Below, piece after piece: positions 37,230 through 45,349 of a stretch of DNA of 64,000 nucleotides. The notes beneath the pieces were generated by a model that worked only from the letters and a program-made list of their open reading frames with translations, did no database searches and was not told the origin of the DNA. The position numbers and the translations under genes were made by a program. Numbering within the stretch: the stretch's first letter is position 1; every line of letters starts with the position of its first letter. Source of the stretch: Chitinispirillaceae bacterium (GTDB taxonomy: Bacteria > Fibrobacterota > Chitinivibrionia > Chitinivibrionales > Chitinispirillaceae); NCBI GenBank assembly GCA_016929415.1, contig JAFGIW010000099.1, forward strand, positions 953 to 64,952. Reading direction: 5' to 3'.

Positions 37230-39347
37230 ATGACCCGCCATCCAGGGAATCAATGGATCAACGTCGCATGTCTGGCGCTTGCCCTGCCTTTCGGCGCAGC
37301 GGTTCTTGCCGAAAACAAGCTTCCGGACGAGACCGCCTATCTGAGCATCGACAGCAGCGTCGCTGTAGTTCTCACCTCCATCGCCTCCAAGAAAGAAGAG
37401 AAAATATCCGACGCGCCGGGAGTCATTTCGGTGGTCACGCAGGATGAACTGAAACGGTTCGGCGGCACCACGCTCGCCGACGTCCTCAAACGGGTTCCGA
37501 GTTTGCTGGGAACCACCGTCTATATGACCGACCGTTCGATGGTCGCCTCCCGCGGCGACCAGATATTGCCCTCGTCAAGCCATATACTGCTTCTGCTCAA
37601 CGGACGACCCATGCGTGAGGTGCTTGAAGGCGGTATTAAAAGCGAGGTATACGAATCCTTTCCGGTGAGCGTCATCGAACGGATCGAAGTCATCCGGGGG
37701 CCGGGATCGGTGCTCTACGGATCGCAGGCCATCTCCGCGGTCATCAATGTCATCACTAAAAGGCCGGAGAACAATACGGTATCGGTTTCCGGAGCACTGG
37801 GGGAGATGCTTCACAATTACATCATGGCGGACCTTCAATATAAATTCGGCGATTTCGGCGTGGTGCTCGCGGGGCGGTATGCGGACAAGGGAGGGTGGAA
37901 GATGGATTGGGAAGCGTTGTCAATTCCACCCTGGGCGCCGGACAACATTACCTTAGAAAAAACGGCCATTTCCATTCCTGATGACGGGCCCGGCGCCTAT
38001 GCGGAATTGAGCTTTAAAGATCTGCGCCTCATGTGTTCCTACAACCAGTGGGATAATCAGTCCTTTGTCCCGGATTATCAATGGTTCAGATATGATTCGA
38101 CGAAAGGAATTCACGACGTCACCGGCCGGGCCACCTGGAAAAAGCTTTTCGGTGATCTGGGGTACACGCTCAAGCCCGTTGAATGGTATAACACAAGCGT
38201 AAATGCAACCTATACGCACTCCTGGTTCGAGACGCAGGAGTATCCGCTGACTTTAAGAGATGCATTTGAAATAATCGGCGAATGGACGAATTTCTTCTCT
38301 CCGATGGAAAATTTCAACATTACACTGGGCGGCGTATGTGGATTCATGGCCGGATCTGAAGGAGACCCGCACAATGATACGATTGCCTATAACAGAGGTC
38401 GATACAATAAAGGCCATACACAGATCAACTTCTCCGGCTATACCCAGATCGATTACCGGTGGAAGTGGTGCAAGGTCATTGGCGGCATACAGGCCAATAA
38501 AGTGAGATGTAAAGACAGTTTGGACCATGTCGATAATTTCGACGTCGATTTCAATCCGCGCGTCGGCCTGATTTTCTATCCCTTGGAACATATAAATATC
38601 AAAACGCTCTTCAGCACCGCATACCGAGCACCGAGTATCAATGAACTTTATATGGATTTCATGACAATCAGCGGTAAAATGGTACACCGTGACGATCCGC
38701 ACTGGGGTTCGTGGCACGAATACAATCTCGATCCTGAAAAAGTCTATACCTTCGACGCGGGCGTTAATTATCAGGACGACAAGGCCCTGTTCGGTGTCAA
38801 CGGCTTCCACAGCCTAATGAAAAATCTCATCTATCAGTCGACCGATACGACCCGTTATACGATTTCGACCTGGGACAACCTCGGCGATATCAACATATTC
38901 GGCCTTGAGTGCGAAGGTAAATACTACCTTACGAAGGCGCTTCTCTTTGAAGGTTCCTTTCTCTACCAGCAGAGCGTGGACGAAAACACCGGCGAAAACA
39001 ACGTGACCCCGCTGTCCAATTTCAGTGCGAAGGGGGGCCTGAGTTATCGCTCGGAGTTCGGTCTCACGGTGAGCGCCTTTAACACCTTCCAGCAAGCGCT
39101 CGATCCGAAATACGGCTCGGATCTCAACAAAACGACCGGGTATTTCAACATAACGAATGTGCACTGCAGTTATGATTTGAACAGGTTCTTTAAGTTTACA
39201 GCGGCAAAGGAGCTCTCTCTTGTCCTGAACATCGACAACCTGCTCGACGAGGAGGTCTGGCTTCCGGCCTGGGGACTCAGACGAGGCAGCACGATCCCTT
39301 ACAACGAAGGTCGCACGATCTACGGCGGTTTCAAGGTGGCGTTCTGA
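37230..39347 (+). CDS. TonB-dependent outer-membrane receptor (copy 2, close paralog of copy 1)
   Basis: Shares long identical runs with 34016..36115 (GRPMREVLEGGIKSEVYESFPVSVIERIEVIRGPGSVLYGSQA; LSLVLNIDNLLDEEVWLPAWGL) and the same ..YGGFKVAF end. Confidence 0.9.
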   Translation: MTRHPGNQWINVACLALALPFGAAVLAENKLPDETAYLSIDSSVAVVLTSIASKKEEKISDAPGVISVVTQDELKRFGGTTLADVLKRVPSLLGTTVYMTDRSMVASRGDQILPSSSHILLLLNGRPMREVLEGGIKSEVYESFPVSVIERIEVIRGPGSVLYGSQAISAVINVITKRPENNTVSVSGALGEMLHNYIMADLQYKFGDFGVVLAGRYADKGGWKMDWEALSIPPWAPDNITLEKTAISIPDDGPGAYAELSFKDLRLMCSYNQWDNQSFVPDYQWFRYDSTKGIHDVTGRATWKKLFGDLGYTLKPVEWYNTSVNATYTHSWFETQEYPLTLRDAFEIIGEWTNFFSPMENFNITLGGVCGFMAGSEGDPHNDTIAYNRGRYNKGHTQINFSGYTQIDYRWKWCKVIGGIQANKVRCKDSLDHVDNFDVDFNPRVGLIFYPLEHINIKTLFSTAYRAPSINELYMDFMTISGKMVHRDDPHWGSWHEYNLDPEKVYTFDAGVNYQDDKALFGVNGFHSLMKNLIYQSTDTTRYTISTWDNLGDINIFGLECEGKYYLTKALLFEGSFLYQQSVDENTGENNVTPLSNFSAKGGLSYRSEFGLTVSAFNTFQQALDPKYGSDLNKTTGYFNITNVHCSYDLNRFFKFTAAKELSLVLNIDNLLDEEVWLPAWGLRRGSTIPYNEGRTIYGGFKVAF

Positions 39348-39599
39348 GGGATACCCGACGAATGAGCCGGTAAGGGAGCCTGTTTTTTCCCGCTTGCGTA
39401 AGTAATGCAGAAATCATATACTTAGTATACGACGGCCCGGACTATTTTCGATCATATTTTCAGACCATCCGCGACCTGACGGAGGCGGTGGTGTTTTCTG
39501 CATCCGGGTCGATCGGAACGATGCGGCAATAATCGTAAGAAGGCTAAAGGACGCTTTCTCGATATTGTAAAGGGAACATGCTTTTGAAAGAGGCTTTCC

Positions 39600-40478
39600 A
39601 TGAAAGAATGCACTGCGCAATTCGACTCGGTCGTGACGGAGAATGAATCGCTCAGGGGGATGGTGCACCACCTGAAGGAAACGCAGGGACAGTTGCTGCG
39701 AAGCGAGAAACTGGCCTCGATCGGAAGGCTCTCGGCCGGCATCGCCCATGAAATCAACAACCCTGTCGGATTCGTTTCCAGCAACAGCACGACGCTTCTC
39801 GGCTATATCAGCCGCATCAAGGAAATCCTGAAAATGTACCGGACGGGAATCAGGAAAGAAATTATTGAAAAAAGGGAAAAACAACTGAAAATCGAATTTA
39901 TCCTCGACGATATCGACAAGCTGATCATGGAGAACATCGAGGGACTCGCCCGGATCACCACCATCGTCAACAATCTCAAGAAATTTGCACATGACAGTCA
40001 ATCCGGGGAGTTCATCAATGCGGACATCAACGAGGGTATCCGCAGCGTGCTTGTACTCGTTAAGAACGAATCGAAGTACTATGCGGATATCATCACCGAT
40101 TTCGGGGATATCGGCCAGATACCCTGCACGATCAGCGAACTCAACCAGACGTTTCTCAACATCATCATGAATGCCATTCAGGCCATCAAAGAGCAGGAAA
40201 GGAAGGAAAAGGGGCTGATCACCATAAAAACATGGAAAGATGATGCATGGGCATACGTTGCCGTTACCGACGACGGCCCCGGCATTCCCGGGGAGATCCG
40301 CAAAAAAATCTTCAGTCCGTTTTTCACCACGAAACCTGAGGGTACCGGAACCGGTCTGGGTCTGAACATCTGCTACGAAATTGTCGTCGACAAACACGGC
40401 GGCGATATTCAGATTGACAGCCGTCCCGGCGCCGGGACGACCTTTACCGTCAAGTTGCCGCGTACCAGGGGCGAATAA
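39600..40478 (+). CDS. Cytoplasmic histidine kinase without recognisable input domain
   Basis: H-box [15 protein letters not shown]-box [10 protein letters not shown]1 DDGPGIP, G2 GTGTGLGL. Only ~40 aa of coiled coil precede the H-box, and there is no TM segment. Confidence 0.85.
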   Translation: MKECTAQFDSVVTENESLRGMVHHLKETQGQLLRSEKLASIGRLSAGIAHEINNPVGFVSSNSTTLLGYISRIKEILKMYRTGIRKEIIEKREKQLKIEFILDDIDKLIMENIEGLARITTIVNNLKKFAHDSQSGEFINADINEGIRSVLVLVKNESKYYADIITDFGDIGQIPCTISELNQTFLNIIMNAIQAIKEQERKEKGLITIKTWKDDAWAYVAVTDDGPGIPGEIRKKIFSPFFTTKPEGTGTGLGLNICYEIVVDKHGGDIQIDSRPGAGTTFTVKLPRTRGE

Positions 40479-40479
40479 A

Positions 40480-41676
40480 ATGGCTGAAGCGATACTTTTT
40501 GTCGATGACGACCGGATGGTGCTCAATGCGCTTGAGCGCACCTTTTTCGAAACCGATTACCGTACGTTCTTTGCGCTCAATGCACATGATGCGTTCACGC
40601 TGCTCGAATCCGAAAAAACAGACATGGTCGTTTCGGATATCCGTATGTGGCCGGTATCGGGCTACGATTTTCTCAAGGAAGTGCGTGCGCGCTATCCGGC
40701 AATCATACGTCTGGTGCTCAGCGCCTATGGCGACCGGCAGATGATGACAAAAGTTATCTGCGAAGGAATCGCCAAGATTTTCATTCTCAAACCCTGGGAC
40801 AACCGGACATTCACCGGCCAGATCGACCACCTTTTCACCATGTACCGCTCGCTGGCGGATCTGCAGTCAAGCGGCATCATCTCCGCGGAAAAACAGCTGC
40901 CCGTACTTCCCGAACTCTATATCCGCATGGTGCGCATGATCGAGGAGGAACGAAGTCTGAAAGAGATTGCCGCCCTTATCGAAACCGATCCGTCCTGTAC
41001 GGTGAATGTTCTTAAACTTGTCAACTCGGCGTTCTACGGCCTGACCGTGGGCTCCGTGCACCAGGCGCTGGTCTATCTCGGCGTAGACTGCATAAAGGAT
41101 ATCGTGCTGGTTTCCGAACTCTTCAAGGCTGCGGCCGGATTGCCGCCCGAAGATGCGCGTGTACAGCTCAACCGGCATATGGTCGTCTCCAGCACGCTTC
41201 TGCACGGCCTTCATCAGCGCCTTCTCGCCGAACGCATTCCCGAAGAGTATTCGGCGACCGGACTGCTCGCCGATATCGGGAGGCTTATTCTGCTCGACCA
41301 GCGGCCGGAGATATACCGATCCATTATCGAACGGTATGTCAAGGAGCCGGCGCGCTCGCTTACCGAACTGGAGATGAACGCCGTCGGTTACTCGCACGCA
41401 CAGCTCGGCGCGCTCCTGCTCGATTGGTGGAACCTGCCGGCGTATCTGGTCGAGGCGTGCCTTTATCATCACGTGATTTCCTTCGCGGGGCGCACCCTGC
41501 CCCGGGAGATTATTGCCCTTATTCATATCGCCGACTGTTACGCATGGCGGATAGCGGAGGGTGTCGGTACCATGGCCATCGACAAGGAGGCCGTCGGCAG
41601 GTTCCCGATTACGGAAAAAGAACTCGACGACCACGTCGCATCGATTATAAACCGCGCCGATTCACCCAACCGATAA
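40480..41676 (+). CDS. Response regulator: REC + HDOD domain
   Basis: REC: AILFVDDDRMVLNAL..DMVVSDIRMWPVSGYDFL..LVLSAY..IFILKPWD. HDOD: LPVLPELYIRMVRMIEEERSLKEIAALIETDPSCTVNVLKLVNSAFYGL. The ATG at 40480 is 2 nt after the kinase stop; the track start at 40381 lies inside the kinase gene. Confidence 0.8.
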   Translation: MAEAILFVDDDRMVLNALERTFFETDYRTFFALNAHDAFTLLESEKTDMVVSDIRMWPVSGYDFLKEVRARYPAIIRLVLSAYGDRQMMTKVICEGIAKIFILKPWDNRTFTGQIDHLFTMYRSLADLQSSGIISAEKQLPVLPELYIRMVRMIEEERSLKEIAALIETDPSCTVNVLKLVNSAFYGLTVGSVHQALVYLGVDCIKDIVLVSELFKAAAGLPPEDARVQLNRHMVVSSTLLHGLHQRLLAERIPEEYSATGLLADIGRLILLDQRPEIYRSIIERYVKEPARSLTELEMNAVGYSHAQLGALLLDWWNLPAYLVEACLYHHVISFAGRTLPREIIALIHIADCYAWRIAEGVGTMAIDKEAVGRFPITEKELDDHVASIINRADSPNR

Positions 41677-41757
41677 TTGATGCGCGCAGCGGCCGTGGGT
41701 TAATTAACCGACAGTAAAAAACGTTGAAAATAATACGCAGCGGCAGGGAGGGTCCGG

Positions 41758-42669
41758 ATGGAGGAAAAAATATTATTCGTCGACGACGAGCAGAACGTGC
41801 TGACGGCAATAAAGCGGATGCTCTTCGATGAACCCTACGAACAGCTTTACGCATCGAGCGGCGAAGAAGCGCTTGCACTGATCGCCAGGCATCCCGTCGG
41901 TGTGATCATTTCGGATATGCGTATGCCGGTCATGGACGGCGTTTCCCTTCTGGAAAAATCATGCGAAATCCTCCCCGATGCCGTCCGTATAATCCTGTCC
42001 GGCCAATCCGACATGTTCTCGGTAATGCAGGCAATCAACCGCGGCGGCATCTGGCGCTTCATCAGCAAGCCCTGGAACGATGACGACATGAAATGCACCA
42101 TCCGTAACGCCCTCGACCTCTACGCAGTACGCCGGGAACGGCTGCGCCTGCTCGAAGAACTCGCGCAGAAGAACAGACAGCTCGAATCGGTCAACAGTGA
42201 ACTTGAACGCCGCGTGCTGCAGCGTACCGCCCTTATCGAGGCCCAGAAACGGCTTCTGCATCAGATGATCGACGGGATGGACCTGCCGTCGTTCGCTCTC
42301 GCTTCGTGCAAGGTGATCGCCGAATTGACGGAATCACGCCAGGTCGCCATGCTGCACGCCGTCGGTGAACAGACGCATGTCCATGCACACGAACCGCCGT
42401 CGGATGCACAGCGTACCCTCCTGATCCGGGTTCTCTCGGACGGCAGGGAAACGAATGAGAACGGCTATGTCGCCGTTCCGGTCATCCACAGCGCCGCGGT
42501 GCTTGGTGCACTCGGCGTCGGGAGCACTTCCGCCGTCTCCGCCGAACGGGTCAATGAAACATTAACCAGCATCCTGCCGGTTGTCGCACTTGCGCTCGGT
42601 CAATTTAAAATGATCATGGAGGCGCCGAATCTGATGCGTACGCTGGACGATATTATCGATAAATTGTGA
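41758..42669 (+). CDS. Response regulator: REC + coiled coil + small C-terminal (GAF-like?) domain
   Basis: KILFVDDEQNVL..GVIISDMRMPVMDG..IILSGQ..WRFISKPW is a KPW-type receiver, followed by the coiled coil LEELAQKNRQLESVNSELERRVLQRT. The C-terminal ~130 aa are unassigned. Confidence 0.75.
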   Translation: MEEKILFVDDEQNVLTAIKRMLFDEPYEQLYASSGEEALALIARHPVGVIISDMRMPVMDGVSLLEKSCEILPDAVRIILSGQSDMFSVMQAINRGGIWRFISKPWNDDDMKCTIRNALDLYAVRRERLRLLEELAQKNRQLESVNSELERRVLQRTALIEAQKRLLHQMIDGMDLPSFALASCKVIAELTESRQVAMLHAVGEQTHVHAHEPPSDAQRTLLIRVLSDGRETNENGYVAVPVIHSAAVLGALGVGSTSAVSAERVNETLTSILPVVALALGQFKMIMEAPNLMRTLDDIIDKL

Positions 42670-42684
42670 GGAACAAGTCTCTCT

Positions 42685-44688
42685 ATGGAACCATCGATCA
42701 CTGTGCAGGTATTCGACCATGAAATGAAGGCCGCCGTCAAAGAACTTCCTCCCGGCTGTTCGATCGAGGCGGTGCGCCGTGCCCTCGCGCAGGAAAAAAT
42801 CACCTGCGGAATCCGTTGGGAGGCAATCAAGGACGCCATCGCCGGAGCCGATAAAAGCGGCCTCGTACTTACCAATGTCACCGTCGCTGTTGCCGAACAG
42901 ACGGCGCTGTCGGTCATGTACGGAAAAACGGGGCCGTGTTTTTCGGGTGAAGAGGTCGAACGGCAACGACACAACCTCACTGCCATCGGAAAAGCCATCC
43001 GCAATGGTGATGCCTCCGTTGCGCTTGCCGGCGGTGTATTCGTCAAAGCGGATGAAAATGCATTGACCGTCCGCATCGGCGGCCGGCGACGGAATGTTTA
43101 TGGCGAGGAAATCACCGTGTCCTTCAGCGAGGAGCCGTTTCCGCACGAACGGTGCCTGACGCAGAAATTACTTCCCGACGGGTATGACTTCATCGCAAAG
43201 GCCGCCGGATATCTGGTGATCAACGAGTCGGGCGCCTTCGATATCATCGACCCCTTCTTCACCTCCGCCGACCGTTTGACGCTTTTCTGCCTGATACTCC
43301 CGCTCATTTACGGCAAGGAATCGTTCATCGAAAAGGTCGCGCGCACCGTCTCCGAGGCGCCGCCCGACGGCGCTTTCCTCAAAGCAATCATGGCTGAAAA
43401 CCGTCTGCAGAGACTCGAACTGCGCAGGGGTCGTCCTCCCGTTGCCGGACGTCCCGGATCGGTTGTCTTTTTAATCGCGCCGAACCCCGAATTGCCGGTG
43501 CAGACCCTTGACCGGATAGATTACCGCGATATCGGCCGGTTCCGTGAAGTCAACGAAGGCACGGTAATTGCCGAACAGGTTCCCATGATCCAGTCCGTCC
43601 CGGGAGTCGACGTCTTCGGCGAACCGATCAATATTGACAAAATGGAAGAAATCAATTTTACCTGCGGTGAGGGGATCGTCAAACAGTGCACGCCCGACCT
43701 GATACGGTACATCGCCCGGGAACGGGGCGTTCTGGAGCTCGACGACCACTACGTGAACGTGGCGCCGCAACTCACCATAAGCGGCGATGTCTGCAGCGAA
43801 ACCGGAAATATCGCCTACAGCCGCACGGTGGTCGTCAACGGCACGGTCTGCGCCGGTTTCCGTGTCGTCTGCGGGAATCTTACGGTGCGGGAAAGCATCG
43901 AAGACGGTGCGGAGATAGTCTGCAGCGGTCAATTGGTGGTGGGGAAAGGCATTTTCGGGGAGAGGACCAGGGTGACCGTTGCGGGTGACGCGAACATCGG
44001 GTTTATTCAGGGCGCCTCCCTGCGTGTTCAGGGCAATTGTACCATCGAAGAATACGCATACCATGCCCGGATCTTCTGCGGGGGAGTATTGCGCGTCAAT
44101 GGAAAGGGGCTGACGGGCAGGGAGAAAGGCTGCGTGATCGGCGGTGACCTAAGCAGCATGAAAACGCTTGACCTGCACTCCGCCGGTTCGACGGCGACGC
44201 TCACCACCCTGAGCTGCGGCTTCGATCCGGAAGGCTTCGAGACGTACAAGGAAACCGTCAACCTTGAAAAAACGCTCAAGAAAAAGGTCATTCAGTTGCA
44301 GAAACGGATTCATCTGAATCCGAATGAAAAACCGCTTTTACTTCAGCGGATTCAGAATGCGGGCGCCGAGCAGAAGGAGGCATTCAAGCAGACGCTTCAG
44401 GAATTGCGCGCCACCATCGCCCTTGCCGAAAAAGCCGGTGCGTCGGTTGCGCTCCTCGCCCGTAAAACAGTAGCCGTCGATATCACCCGGTCCAGAATCC
44501 TGATACGCAATCAGTTGATACCGCCGACGTTGATCGTATTTGTAAATATAAAGAAGAAAATCTACCGGGAATCCTTCGGCGTCCGGTTCGCCATGGGCGC
44601 CGATGAAATCATCATGCATGAAGGGCTTACCGCAATCAGCGACGATTGCGGCAATGCCACCGTACCCGAAGCGTCGGGACGGTCATGA
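42685..44688 (+). CDS. FapA / DUF342 family protein
   Basis: 667 aa. The central repetitive beta-helix-like stretch VVNGTVCAGFRVVCGNLTVRESIEDGAEIVCSGQLVVGKGIFGERTRVTVAGDANIGFIQGASLRVQGNCTI, followed by a coiled coil, matches my recollection of DUF342. Needs HMM confirmation. Confidence 0.6.
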   Translation: MEPSITVQVFDHEMKAAVKELPPGCSIEAVRRALAQEKITCGIRWEAIKDAIAGADKSGLVLTNVTVAVAEQTALSVMYGKTGPCFSGEEVERQRHNLTAIGKAIRNGDASVALAGGVFVKADENALTVRIGGRRRNVYGEEITVSFSEEPFPHERCLTQKLLPDGYDFIAKAAGYLVINESGAFDIIDPFFTSADRLTLFCLILPLIYGKESFIEKVARTVSEAPPDGAFLKAIMAENRLQRLELRRGRPPVAGRPGSVVFLIAPNPELPVQTLDRIDYRDIGRFREVNEGTVIAEQVPMIQSVPGVDVFGEPINIDKMEEINFTCGEGIVKQCTPDLIRYIARERGVLELDDHYVNVAPQLTISGDVCSETGNIAYSRTVVVNGTVCAGFRVVCGNLTVRESIEDGAEIVCSGQLVVGKGIFGERTRVTVAGDANIGFIQGASLRVQGNCTIEEYAYHARIFCGGVLRVNGKGLTGREKGCVIGGDLSSMKTLDLHSAGSTATLTTLSCGFDPEGFETYKETVNLEKTLKKKVIQLQKRIHLNPNEKPLLLQRIQNAGAEQKEAFKQTLQELRATIALAEKAGASVALLARKTVAVDITRSRILIRNQLIPPTLIVFVNIKKKIYRESFGVRFAMGADEIIMHEGLTAISDDCGNATVPEASGRS

Positions 44689-44764
44689 TGAACCGCTCCA
44701 CGGCGGCGTATTGCAGGTGTGCCTTCGCGCTGATGTGCTTTTCCGCCGGAAGGGGGGTACGGCA

Positions 44765-45271
44765 GTGATCACCGATGCATCTTCCAGCTATCTTAAGGCA
44801 TTTACACTGGTGTTCGCACAGAAAATGTGTCAGGCGCTCCTCGACATGTGCGGAGCGCATTTTTTAATCAATAAAGAATCGCTTCGGGAAGGAACCTTCT
44901 CGACACCCTATCGTATTACCCTGTTTGCCGGTTTTTCCGGCGCCATTCAGGGCAATTATATCGTATCGCTCGACGATACGGTTGCGTTGAAACTCATCGG
45001 TGCCGGCGATGAAACCGTATCACCCGGAAAGGCGCTTGATTTTCGTAAAGAATACGGCGGTTTTCTCAAGGAAGCGCTCAATATTGCCGTCGGTCAGGCA
45101 ATCGAAGCGCCGGGGAAAAGCTACGGCGACCTTGCCTATTCACCGGGTACGGCCGTATTCGGCGAAATTGAATTTCCTGATATCATGAGCGCAAGCATTG
45201 TGATCGAAGGCAGGGAGGGAAAGATACTGTGCGGTTTTTTCCTCAATCTGGCGAACCTTAAAACTTCATAA
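44765..45271 (+). CDS. CheX-like (CheC/CheX/FliY superfamily) putative CheY-P phosphatase
   Basis: ITLFAGFSGAIQGNYIVSLDD, and FLKEALNIAVGQA carrying the ExxNxxxG signature. Preferred start is GTG 44765, preceded by GGAAGGGGGG. The track start at 44603 lies inside the FapA gene. Confidence 0.55.
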   Translation: MITDASSSYLKAFTLVFAQKMCQALLDMCGAHFLINKESLREGTFSTPYRITLFAGFSGAIQGNYIVSLDDTVALKLIGAGDETVSPGKALDFRKEYGGFLKEALNIAVGQAIEAPGKSYGDLAYSPGTAVFGEIEFPDIMSASIVIEGREGKILCGFFLNLANLKTS

Positions 45272-45349
45272 TAGTATTGCCGCACACCGGTTAACGATAG
45301 TAAAATATGACATCCGCACGCTGTGCCTTTGTACCGGACGGGGAGTGAC

